This document shows positions 41,925-52,214 of a stretch of 64,000 nt of DNA, in pieces. A program made the translations under genes and the position numbers. A model generated the notes under the pieces. The model had not been told where the DNA came from, did no database searches, and saw only the letters and a program-made list of their open reading frames with translations. The DNA lies in the NCBI GenBank assembly GCA_965218295.1, contig CBDCKN010000013.1, positions 160,001 to 224,000 on the forward strand, read 5' to 3'. The stretch is from Longimicrobiales bacterium. Its GTDB lineage: Bacteria; Gemmatimonadota; Gemmatimonadetes; Longimicrobiales; Gaopeijiaceae. The first letter of the stretch is position 1, and every line of letters starts with the position of its first letter.

Positions 41925-42703
41925 CACGGGGCTCGACGGCGAACTTGATGGTCCCCGCCACCAGCACACCGAAGAGGGTGGGCACGGCGACCCCGCCCCC
42001 CCACGTGAACAGATGGGACGTCTCCGGAGCCTGGCGGATCGCTCCAAGGGCCCCGAGCCCGCCGGCTGCGGTCACCGTTCCGGTGAACAGCAGGATGGCC
42101 GCTACCGACATGACGATGCCTTGTACCGCATCGGTCTTCGCCACCGAGATGAAGCCGCCAATCGCCGTGTACAGCATGACCACCACGAAGACCCAGCGCG
42201 ATGGCCACCTTGTAGGGGATGTCCATGAAGGTCTCGAGGAGGTTGCCGATCCCCTTGAAGACGGCGGTCATATAGAGGAGGCTGGCGAAGATCACGATGA
42301 TGGCCGCCAGGAAGCGTGCCGCCGTGCTCTCGAAACGGAATCCGATGAAGTCCGGAACCGTCAGAGAATCCAGTGAGCGGGTGAATTCCCGGAGCCGAGG
42401 GGCGACGACGGTCCACGCGAAGACGGAGAAGCCCACGATGAACGGCACAAGGAGGAGCCAGGGCGCTCCCCACCCGTAGGCCTGACCCGAGAACCCCACG
42501 AAGCTGTTGGTGCTCGAATAGGTGGCGAAGAAGGAGAGGCCCAAGACCACCCCTCCCATCACCCGGCCCCCGACGTAGTAGTCGGCCAGCCCCGTGGTCT
42601 CCCTGTTACCTGCGTAGGCGTGGTAGGCCATGAGCGCCGTATAGAGGACCAGCAGCAGGTGGACGAGCCAGAACTCCCGGAGGTTGTCGAGGACGGCGCT
42701 CAT
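41925..42703 (-). pseudogene. Sodium:solute symporter, frameshifted and 3'-truncated
   Basis: DYYVGGR, ATYSSTNSFVG, YTAIGGFISVAKTDAVQG. Confidence 0.8.
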
Positions 42704-44352
42704 GTGGGATTCTCGGTCTCGAAGAGAGTCTTCACGTCCTGTTTCTGCACCTTTCCCATGGCGTTCCGTGGGAGCTCGGCCACGATCCTGAACTCTCGTG
42801 GGACCTTGTATGGGGCGAGCCGTTGTTTGGCCCACGCGAGCACGGCGTCGATGTCGATGGTCGCGATGCCGTGGTCGACTGTCGCCTCGCCTGGGGCGAC
42901 GAGGGCCACGCAAAGGCGTTCCCCCAACTCGGGGTCGGGCACGCCCACAACGGCGCAGTCCTCGACGTCTTGGTGCTCCCTCAGGGTCTCCTCCACATCG
43001 AGGGCCGACACCTTGTAACCGCCCGTCTTGATGATATCCACAGACATCCGGCCGAGGAGACGGTAGTAACCGTTCTCCTCGGTTGCCACATCGCCCGTTC
43101 GGAACCAGCCGTCCCTGAATACGTCAACCGTCTCTTCCGGACGCCGCCAATACTCGGCGAAGACCCCCGGGCCCCGGACCTCCAGCTCGCCGGGGGCTCC
43201 TGGATCGGAGAGCACGTTGCCGGTGTCGTCCACCCGGCGTACGTCCACTCCCGGAAGGGGCTGGCCCACGTAGCCGGGCCGTCGCTCTCCTCGGAGGGGA
43301 TTCGAGAGGCCCATGCCGATCTCGGTCATCCCATACCGCTCCAGGAGCACCTGGCCCGTGAGCTCTCGCCAGCGTTCGAGGACGTTGATCGGAAGGGCCG
43401 CCGAGCCCGAGACCATGAGGCGCATCTTGCGCGCCCCCTCGCTCCACCGCCCCCGATCCCCCTCGCTCGCCTCCTCCCAAGCCCGGATGAGCCGGACGTA
43501 GACGGTGGGCACGGCCATGAAGAGGGTGACGTCTCCGCGGGTGAAGCGCTCCCAGGTCTCGGCGGCGTCGAAGCGAGGCAGCATCTGGCAGCAGGCGCCG
43601 GCCCACAGCGCGCACGTGACGACGTTGATGATCCCGTGCACATGATGGAGTGGCAGCACGAGCAGGATGTGGTCCTCGGAGCTCCACTCCCACGCGGCGA
43701 CCAGGGAGGTGACCTGCGCCTCGACGTTCGCATGGGTCATGACCACCCCTTTGGGGCGGCCCGTGGTGCCGCTGGTGTAGATCACGAGGGCCTGCCGGTC
43801 CCCCGAGACACCGGGAAGGGCCGGCTGATCCGGGGGCACTTCAGGTGCCGATGCCGGGAGCTCCGCGGCATCGAGCGCCCTGCACAGCTCCCCCGCGTCC
43901 AGGACCGGCAGTCCTCTCTCCTCTGCCAGCGGAGTGATGCGATCGGTCAGCGACGGATGCACGACCACCGCGGCCGGCTCAGCGTCATCGAGGACGTGGG
44001 CCAGCTCGGGGGGTGGGTGCGACACGGCCAGCGGCACCGCCACACCCCCCGCTCGCCAGATCCCCCATTGAACGGCCACGTGATGGAAGCCCGGAGAGAT
44101 CAGAAATGCGATGCGTGCCTCCCCCAGATCGCCCGCGCCAGGCCGAATGCCCGTCCCCTCCGAAGCACGCACACCCGGGACGGCCGCCAGCAGCCGCCGA
44201 GCCACCCCCGTAGACGCCTCTAGCAGATCGCGGTACGTGAAGAGCCCTTCGGACCCGACCACGGCGATACGGTCCGCATGTGCGCGGGCCCGGCGAACGA
44301 GGGTTGGCTCCTCCGACGGTGGCGTCTCTGGTGCGTTCGAGCGTATGGACAT
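42700..44352 (-). CDS. Acyl-CoA synthetase (MatB/ACSF3-like)
   Basis: YTSGTTGRPKG, LPLHHVHG, ERYGMTE, GRMSVDIIKTGGYK, PRNAMGKV. Confidence 0.88.
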   Translation of the reverse strand: MSIRSNAPETPPSEEPTLVRRARAHADRIAVVGSEGLFTYRDLLEASTGVARRLLAAVPGVRASEGTGIRPGAGDLGEARIAFLISPGFHHVAVQWGIWRAGGVAVPLAVSHPPPELAHVLDDAEPAAVVVHPSLTDRITPLAEERGLPVLDAGELCRALDAAELPASAPEVPPDQPALPGVSGDRQALVIYTSGTTGRPKGVVMTHANVEAQVTSLVAAWEWSSEDHILLVLPLHHVHGIINVVTCALWAGACCQMLPRFDAAETWERFTRGDVTLFMAVPTVYVRLIRAWEEASEGDRGRWSEGARKMRLMVSGSAALPINVLERWRELTGQVLLERYGMTEIGMGLSNPLRGERRPGYVGQPLPGVDVRRVDDTGNVLSDPGAPGELEVRGPGVFAEYWRRPEETVDVFRDGWFRTGDVATEENGYYRLLGRMSVDIIKTGGYKVSALDVEETLREHQDVEDCAVVGVPDPELGERLCVALVAPGEATVDHGIATIDIDAVLAWAKQRLAPYKVPREFRIVAELPRNAMGKVQKQDVKTLFETENPT

Positions 44353-45213
44353 CGGAGACCGAAGCTAGAGGCCATGCTCCGGCGGGGCCACCGACAACCT
44401 CCCGTCTCACGAAATCCGCGTTAGGTCCGTGCCTGGCAATCTCTTGCAGGAATTTGGCAGTTTTTTCCCAAAGTGAGATGGTTGAGGCAGTCTAGAACCC
44501 AGTGCTCAGGCCGATGACCTGTGTGGCACAGCTGTTGCACAAAGTTCCGCGCGGAGGCTCCTTCAAAACGGTGAAGAACCATGAGCACCAGCGCAATCTC
44601 CTCTCGAAGTAGCAGTGGGGAGAGACGTTACAAAGCCTACCAAATGGCCATCCCCCGTAGCAGGGAACGGCGCCATTTCCGTCACGGACTCAAGGTCGCC
44701 TTCATCGGGATCCTGATCGGTGTGATCGGGGGTCTGATTGTGTCCGCCTGGCAGTTCCCGACATCGTCGCAGGAAGACGCCTCTGTTGGAAGTGTCATCA
44801 AGTAGAGCCGGGGCCCCGCCCATAGGGTAGCCCCTCCCCCTGTTCCCGGCGCCATGCATGGTGTTGTGGTTGGGGAAGGGCGGATCGAATCCACCGGCCC
44901 TGCCCGGCATCCGTCCCGATCGCCGAGATGCTCATCGGAGACGTGACGTATCTTTATATCGTACGTATAGCTGGCTGCATAGCTCCGTTTTGCTCGCAAC
45001 CGACCCCCATGACTGAACCGGAGATGCTGAGACCGGTCAGTTTCTGGGTGGAATAGCCACGGTGATGTTTGTAGTGACCACATACATGCTCGTGCTCTCA
45101 GTCGATCAATCCTTGCCTGACTGAGAGCACGCTCCGCGACGACGGGCCGTTCCAGGGGCAGTTCGAGAAGTTGGGTTTCGACCTCTGTGATTCGCATCGT
45201 CGCGATCACTAAA

Positions 45214-45994
45214 TTACGAAAAGAACACCCGCTCGGCCGTTTTGCGAAGGAGCCAGTCGCGGTCTCCGGCACTCAGGAAGTCGAGGCGTTTGCCGATCAG
45301 GTCGATCGATTCGCGGTACGCGTGACCGTTCATCACCTGAAACGGCCCGTCGCTGGCCCACATAAGACGCTCCGGTCCGAAGGCGTCCAGGACGCGGTGG
45401 ATCATCGGCCCCAGATCGAGGTACGGCGCTTTCTTCTTGCCGAGCGCGTAAAAGGCGGAGGCCTTGACGCAGACCTTCTTGTGTCGGGCCAGCGCGCAGA
45501 GGTTGTCGACATGCTCCTTGCGGATCCGGCCGTCGGCACCGATGCGCGCGAAGTGGTCAATGACTACCGGCGTGTCCGGGAACTTCCTGCACATCCGATC
45601 GACGGACGGCAGGGATTCCGGGTTCATCAACGGGCACATCTGCAGCCCCTCATCGCCTCCACACTTCCACATCGCCGCCATCCCCTCGCCGTCGAGCCAG
45701 CGGTCAGCCGGCCTCTTTCCGGGGCGAATACGGAATCCCCGCACACCGATTTTCGCCAGCTCCGTCATCCTCTCGCGCGGCTTGGCGTTCTCGTCGATCA
45801 CCGCGACGCCGGAAAACACACCCTTGTGTTTCCACATCGTGTCGAGCATGTAGGAGTTGTCGAATCCGTAGAGGCCCACCTGAATCAACACGATGCGTCT
45901 CACTCCGCAGGGCACGGAATGGGAAAACAGCTCGCTGGGGGTGAAGCTCGCCGGCTTCATATCCTCTTTGCGAAACGGGGCTTTGAGGGAATCT
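45214..45994 (-). pseudogene. Amidohydrolase_2 C-terminal part, 5' end cut by IS3
   Basis: DNSYM, VIDH, FGPERLMWASDGP. Confidence 0.8.
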
Positions 45995-47264
45995 TGACCT
46001 GCCCCCAAGAGTGGTACCACATCCTATGTTAGTCCCAGCACCTGTGGAAGGCCGTGAAGGACGGGCATCCTCAGGAACCAGGGCGACGGCTTAATCGCCT
46101 CAGGGGCCGGGGGAAAGCCGCCGCAGGCGCTGTGGGGTCGGACGGTATTGTACTCGCGCCTCCATTGCTCGACCAGCACGGCCGCCTCCGCCAACGAGTA
46201 GAAGATCTCCCCGTTCAACAGCTCGTCCCTGAGCTTGCCGTTGAAGCTCTCGTTGTAGCCGTTCTCCCACGGGCTGCCCGGCTCGATAAAGAGCGTCTCG
46301 ACGCCCACGCGCCCCAACCACCGCCGCACGAGCTTCGCGGTGAACTCCGGTCCGTTGTCCGACCTCAGATACTCGGGAGGCCCGTGTCGGACGAACAGAT
46401 CGGCCAGCACCTCGAGCACGTCGTGCGAGCGGATCTTGCGAGCCACCACGATCGCCAGGCACTCCCTCGTGTGCTCGTCCAGCACTGTCAGCAGCTTCAG
46501 CGCACGCCCGTCGTGCGTCCTCGAGGCCACGAAGTCGTACGACCAGACGTGGCCCCGATACAGCGGCCTCAGCCGGATGCACGATCCGTCGTTGAGCCAC
46601 AGCCGACCTCGCTTCGGCTGCCGCTGCGGGACCTTCAGCCCCTCCTGCCTCCAGATCCGCTCCACCCGCTTGTGGTTCACCCCCCAGCCCTCGATGCGGA
46701 GCATGTCCGTGACGCGTCGGTAGCCGTAGCGGCCGAATCGACTCGCAAGTCGCACGATATCACCTCGGAGCGCCCCCTCGTCACTCGCCACTTTCCTCGC
46801 CCGGCGCTGGGTCGTGCGTGGCTGCCCGAGCACCCGGCACGCTCTCCTCTCCGACGCCCCGAGCTGCTGACGTACACGCACCACACAACGTCGTCGGCGC
46901 TCGGGGCTCAGAAGTTTCCCTCGGCCGCTTCCTCCAGGATCAGCTTGTCCAGTGTCAAGTCCGCCACTGCTCGCTTCAGGCGCCCGTTCTCGCGCTCGAG
47001 CTCCTTCAGGCGCCGTGCCTGGCTCACCTTCATCCCGCCGTACTCCCGCCTCCACCGGTAGTACGTCTGCTCGGTGATGCCCAGCTCCCGGCTGATCAGC
47101 TTCACGGATTTGCCGCGGGCCAGACCCACCTCTGCCTCCCGCAGTGCAGTGATGATCTGCTCCGGAGTGTGTCGCTTCCTTCCCATCCTGACCTCCTCGC
47201 TGAAAAGCTTCAGACCAGGTCGATCCTAACATTGCACCTGGTCTCGTTTCAGGGGGTCAGGTCA
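45995..47264 (-). mobile_element. IS3-family element, apparently complete (orfA 46908-47186, orfB ending 46024)
   Basis: TGACCTG..CCCC terminal IRs; [25 protein letters not shown]; slippery GGGAAAC at 46914-46920. Confidence 0.92.
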
Positions 47265-47383
47265 ATAGGATAGAGATGCTGGCTGTTCTTAATTGGGGGT
47301 TTCTCCCATTCGTAGAGTTCGCTTTCAACTTTTGTGATTGCAAATCGATGAGCTCCCATAGTAATTCTATGCCAGAGTACCAC

Positions 47384-47595
47384 ATGCTCCTCGAGACGAG
47401 GCCGGGCGCTCCTTCGGGAGCGTCCCGACCTTTTTTATTGACACGACGGGACTTCCTCGGCGCCGGAGCGTTGGGATTCGGGGCGCTGGTGAGACCCGGA
47501 TCTGGTCCCCTGGCGTCAACGCGTGAATCCTCTCAGAAGGGCTATATCGACGCCCACGTGCACGTGTGGTCTGCCGATACGAATGCGTATCCATC
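47384..47595 (+). pseudogene. N-terminal fragment of a Tat-exported amidohydrolase
   Basis: TRRDFLG signal, YIDAHVHVW..YP. Confidence 0.65.
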
Positions 47596-47753
47596 ACGGC
47601 CTGACGGAACAGATACCGCCGTTGTATCGAACGGCAGCATGATCCATGAGAGGACGCCTCAACGTCGAGTTATATTGTACTCCGAAGTTCAAATTGTAAC
47701 GACGAGCAAATGTCGGTCTCGGCTATTGCGAGCCCTGGATCAGGATACCCAAC

Positions 47754-48000
47754 TTGGGATCCCACATCCTCGCACTCGTCCGCCGCCGCCTGCCCCGCGA
47801 CTTGACCCAACGCTACAACACCACCCCCGTCCTCATCGAAACCTTCGTCGAAACCCCGCGCTTCACCGGCTGCATCTACAGGGCCTCAGGTTGGATCCAC
47901 GTAGGAACTACCCGGGGACGCGGGCGCTACGACACCCACAGGCAGTACGGCAAACCCAGGAAGGACGTCTGGCTCCGGCCCCTTGCCAAACACTGGAACG
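47754..48000 (+). pseudogene. DUF4338-like fragment
   Basis: PVLIETFVE..FTGCIYRASGW..VGTTRGRGR. Confidence 0.65.
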
Positions 48001-48429
48001 CATCCGCAACCAGAAAATCCAACCGCCCCGCCACGGCTCGACCGAACGCTTACGCCCCACGGGACGACCGAACGGTTTCGGCGAACGGAGCCCGGTCATG
48101 GGGATTCCCCTACCAACGGAGCAAAGGGTGATCCCAGGGGTGATTGGGTAAATAGGCTAGAATTCGTAACATATTGTATAACATATAGTTAGCGCATTTA
48201 TTACGGCGGACTAGGCGGTGTGCCTCGCCGGCGAGACGAGAGAAGCAAAGGCCGCAACGCCAAGTTGACGGTCCATCGTGCTCAGATTGGCTCTCGACCG
48301 TCTTCTCGTAGAGCTATTCTCGACGAGAGCACTCCCCCGCGAAGGGTCGATCCCGTCCGCCCCGACAGGGGCTAGGCTGCAGCTGGGGGCGTAACCTGCA
48401 GTAGTCACGGTGACATGAGGATACAAGCA

Positions 48430-50814
48430 ATGCATCATCGAAAGCAGCTTCGAATTCACGGGACGAGCGCACGCCGAACGCTCGAAGCTCTGGTAGTCGC
48501 CGTCGCGCTCCTTGGAGGCGGAGATCTTTCCGCCCAGCAGACCGGGCAGATCGCCGGGCAAGTGACGAGCGAGGACGGCTCGCCCGTAGTCAGGGCCACG
48601 ATTCGTGTGCCGGGTGAGAACCTGCAGGGAACTACGGCGACCGACGGGCGCTTCGTCATTCCCCGCGTGCCTGCCGGCTCCTATGAGGTGGAGATCTACG
48701 CGCTGGGCTACGGGGACGCGACCCAGCAGGTGCAGGTATCCGCGGGCGGCGTGGGAACGTTGAACGTCCAGCTGGAGGTTCGTCCGGTGGAGGTGCTGGG
48801 TGTTCAGGTCCACGTTCTCCGCCCCGACCTGCGACACACGGCCCAGATCGAGGCGGACGCGGTTCGCGAGTCCAATCCACGGGACGTGGGCGATGCGCTG
48901 AGGGCGATCGCCGGCGTGGACGCGGTGCGGCGCGGACCCATCGGACTCGACCCGTCGATCCGGGCGCTCCGCGAAACCCAGGTGGGCACTTACATGAACG
49001 GCACGCGCCTCTTCCCGGCCGGCCCGGCCCGCATGGACTCCCCGCTGACCCACCTGGATCCGAGCGCGATCCAGCACATAGAAGTCGTGAAGGGTCCCTA
49101 CGCCCTCACCTGGGGGGCCGGGAACATGGCTGCAATCCGCATCGAGACCCGGTCCGTACCGCCCCAGATCCCGGGAGGGCTTCGCGGCACTCTGTCTGCC
49201 GGGTACGACACCAATCTGGAGGCTCAGGAGTATTCGGGAACCCTGTTCGGCAGTAGCGAGCGCGTGGCCTACTGGGGCCACGGCGTGTGGCGCACCGGGA
49301 CGGACTACGAGACAGGATCGGGCGACGTGATTCCGGCCGACTTCGACTCCTGGGAGGCCCGGGGACAGCTCGGCTACCGGACCGGCGACGCCTCCTGGCT
49401 GAGCTTCGACATGGGCTACCAGAAGCAGGGCCCGATCGACTATCCGGGCCGCCTTCTGAGCGCCAAGTCCTTCAAGACGAACAACCTCGCGGCCGAGTGG
49501 GAGCTGGCCCGCGCCCAAGGGCTCCTTCGCAACATCGATCTCCTGGTCTACCTGAACAGCGTGGACCACCAGATGGACAACACGGACAAGCCGACGCGCA
49601 TGGCCATGGAGGGACGGGTGCCCCCCTTCGCCCTGGACGTGCTGGTGGACTCCCATATCGACGTCACTGGGGGCCGGGCCGCCATCGAGTTGGTCTCGGA
49701 GGGCGGCTGGGACGTGGAGATCGGGGGTGACGCATACAGCGCGAAGCGGGACGCGGACCGCTTCATCGACGCCCTGGATCCCAACCAGATGACGCCGCCG
49801 CTGTTCCCCTTCCACGACCGGATGTGGCCGGACGCGACGATCACCGACGTAGGTCTATGGACCCGGGCGGACCGGCCCCTGGCCAACAGGCTGAGCCTTT
49901 CCGCGGCGGTGCGCCTCGACCTCGTCTCCGCGGACGCAAAGGACGTGTCCGACACCTTCCTCGACTATGCCGGGGCCACCCGGGCCGACGTGGACGCGTC
50001 GGAGACCAATTTCAACGCGGCCGCCACGCTCAGCGCCAACCTGGGCTCCAACTGGAGCCTTTCGACTGGAGCCGGCTCGGTAGTCCGGACCGCCGACGCC
50101 TCCGAGCGCTACGGAGACAGGATTCCGGGCACCAGGGCCCAGCTCAGCACCGAATTCCTGGGCAACCCCCACCTCGATCCCGAGCGAAGCACCCAGGGCG
50201 ACATCTGGCTCGAAGGCCGCTTTCCCAACCTGAGCCTGGACGCCAACGTCTTCGCCCGCCGGGTCAGCGACTACATCACCATCGTTCCGAGGGACCCGGT
50301 GGAGGTACCCTTCCTGCTCCCACTGACGGGCTCGCTCGGCAACACGAACGTCGTCCAGTATGTGAACGGAGAGGCCGACTTCTGGGGGGTGGAGGCATCC
50401 GTCGCCTACCGCTGGAGCGAACGGTTCTCGACAACCGTGGCCGGCGAGTATCTGCGGGGCGACGACACGGAGCTGGACGAGCCGGCCTTCGGGGTCGCCC
50501 CGGTGCAGGGTCGCCTCCGGCTCCGCTACGAAGAGTCGGGGGCCGGATACTTCCTCGAGAGCCTGGTGACCGCGGTAGGGAAGCAGGACCGCCTGGCTGT
50601 GAGCCGGGGCGAGGGCACCCCGACCCCCGGATACGCGACGGTCGATCTACAGGGCGGATTTCAGCCCTATGTAGGAGTGCAAGTCCGTGCCGGGGTAAAC
50701 AACGCGCTCGACAAGCAGTACTACGACCACCTGAACGCGAAGAACCCTTTCTCCCGGACGCCGATTGCCGAGCCGGGCCGCGTCTTCTTCATCCGTCTGA
50801 CCTATTCGTACTAG
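48430..50814 (+). CDS. TonB-dependent receptor, OprC-like
   Basis: DPSIR, GPARMDSP, IEVVKGPYA, DHQMDN, EPGRVF; start uncertain. Confidence 0.85.
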   Translation: MHHRKQLRIHGTSARRTLEALVVAVALLGGGDLSAQQTGQIAGQVTSEDGSPVVRATIRVPGENLQGTTATDGRFVIPRVPAGSYEVEIYALGYGDATQQVQVSAGGVGTLNVQLEVRPVEVLGVQVHVLRPDLRHTAQIEADAVRESNPRDVGDALRAIAGVDAVRRGPIGLDPSIRALRETQVGTYMNGTRLFPAGPARMDSPLTHLDPSAIQHIEVVKGPYALTWGAGNMAAIRIETRSVPPQIPGGLRGTLSAGYDTNLEAQEYSGTLFGSSERVAYWGHGVWRTGTDYETGSGDVIPADFDSWEARGQLGYRTGDASWLSFDMGYQKQGPIDYPGRLLSAKSFKTNNLAAEWELARAQGLLRNIDLLVYLNSVDHQMDNTDKPTRMAMEGRVPPFALDVLVDSHIDVTGGRAAIELVSEGGWDVEIGGDAYSAKRDADRFIDALDPNQMTPPLFPFHDRMWPDATITDVGLWTRADRPLANRLSLSAAVRLDLVSADAKDVSDTFLDYAGATRADVDASETNFNAAATLSANLGSNWSLSTGAGSVVRTADASERYGDRIPGTRAQLSTEFLGNPHLDPERSTQGDIWLEGRFPNLSLDANVFARRVSDYITIVPRDPVEVPFLLPLTGSLGNTNVVQYVNGEADFWGVEASVAYRWSERFSTTVAGEYLRGDDTELDEPAFGVAPVQGRLRLRYEESGAGYFLESLVTAVGKQDRLAVSRGEGTPTPGYATVDLQGGFQPYVGVQVRAGVNNALDKQYYDHLNAKNPFSRTPIAEPGRVFFIRLTYSY

Positions 50815-50947
50815 TCTGACCTATTCGTACTAGACGGGTCGACTCCCGTCGCACCGCGCGGGCGGAAGCAAGAGGAAAGCGAGACGGGCCCGGGGTCTCC
50901 CCGGGCCCGTCCCAAGGTTTCCGCAATCGTCCCCCTCGCCCCCAGCC

Positions 50948-51240
50948 TCAGTTGGCGATGGCGTCCGCCCCGGCCTGGGAGATCTGCTCGTCGTCGACCG
51001 CACGCACGCCGCTGGTCCCGATCGCCCCAATCAGCTGACCGCCGCGCAGGATCGGGACGCCGCCCGCGAAGGTCACGCCGTCGGGGACCTGCGGTACGGT
51101 ACCGGCCTCGAGGGCGCTGTCCGTACACCGGCACACCCTCGATGTCCGCGACGACGATCGTCACGTTCCATCCGTTACGGCGCGCCTCGGCTTCGGCCGC
51201 GTCGATCGCCGTCCGTGCCAGCTCGTATGTGAGGGCCCTC
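50948..51240 (-). pseudogene. GlcG/HbpS heme-binding family remnant
   Basis: AIDAAEAEARRNGWNVTIVVAD and GGVPI..LIGAIGTSG..DEQI with an internal deletion. Confidence 0.65.
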
Positions 51241-51543
51241 TGCGAGCGCGATCAGACCCGACGGCGACCAGTCGAAGCGCCAGTCCTGCTTGATGCCGAG
51301 AATGGAGAAGTCACGCCGGTTCGTCACTGCATAGATCGGAGCGGAGTCAACGATGTATTACTCCGTCCCATCCCGTCGCGAGGTCACGAGGCCGGCCGAC
51401 GTTATGGTGGTTACGCGGATCCGGTCGCCGAGCATTCCGTCAGCTCTCCTGGACCATGCCGTCGAACGCCACCCCACCGTTGGCGATCACCCGGATCGGA
51501 CGACTCAGGTTGAACGCCTCGGGCGCAGAAGGGACGCAGCAAC

Positions 51544-52035
51544 ATGATCGACCATCTCCGAGGACGCGAGAAGGCGCTGGAGCGCTTCGGCTGGACGGGA
51601 CGCCGTGCCGAGTGGATCGCCTTGGCCTGTCTCCATGGCGGCGTGTTCACTCGGGCTCAGTGGACGAGCTTTCTGGGTTGCCACCACGAAAAGGTGCGCC
51701 GCGCCGTCCGCGCCCTCGTCGCGCAGGGCGTGGCCGTCGAAGAGGATCCGCCCGGCATCGACGGCATCGGTCGAGTGTGCCGAATCCACGCGCGCCGGAT
51801 CTACCGGGCGCTCGGCGCCGGGAACCGCCGCCGCCGCCGGATCACCTCCACGGAAGTGCTGATGCGGCGCCTGCTCTCGCTCGACTATGTGCTTGATCAT
51901 TCCCGCCTGCCTTGGCTCCCGACCGAGCCGGAGAAGGTGGCCGCCTTCGAGGCGCTCGGCATCGAGCGCCCGCTCCTGCCCCAACGGGTCTACCGGGGAG
52001 CGGCCGGGAACCTCCGGCGCTACTTCCCGCTCAAG
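51544..52035 (+). pseudogene. orfX homologue truncated at YFPLK by the integrase junction
   Basis: MIDHLRGREKALERFGWT..LSLDYV..PWLPTE..YFPLK, colinear with 23388. Confidence 0.8.
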
Positions 52036-52214
52036 TACGGCAGTATGATCGCGACCATCGTCCCATGCGGTCCCGTAATATTCCGTAACGCGTTGTATTA
52101 CCAGGTGATACGGCATATCCGAGCCGTGTTTACAGGCTCCCTCTTGTGCCGGGTCGTACCGTATTGTACCATGGTGTATCCGTCGATATGTGATACACAG
52201 GTAGGATACACCAC

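Noticed and set aside
47754..48000. Druantia defence system
   Set aside because: Only a short DUF4338-like fragment, with no partner genes
47276..48151. 291-aa ORF as a single gene
   Set aside because: Patchwork of an amidohydrolase N-terminus and out-of-frame DUF4338 sequence
48240..48429. Cobalamin or other riboswitch before the TonB receptors
   Set aside because: No recognisable B12-box or other aptamer consensus upstream of any of the three receptors
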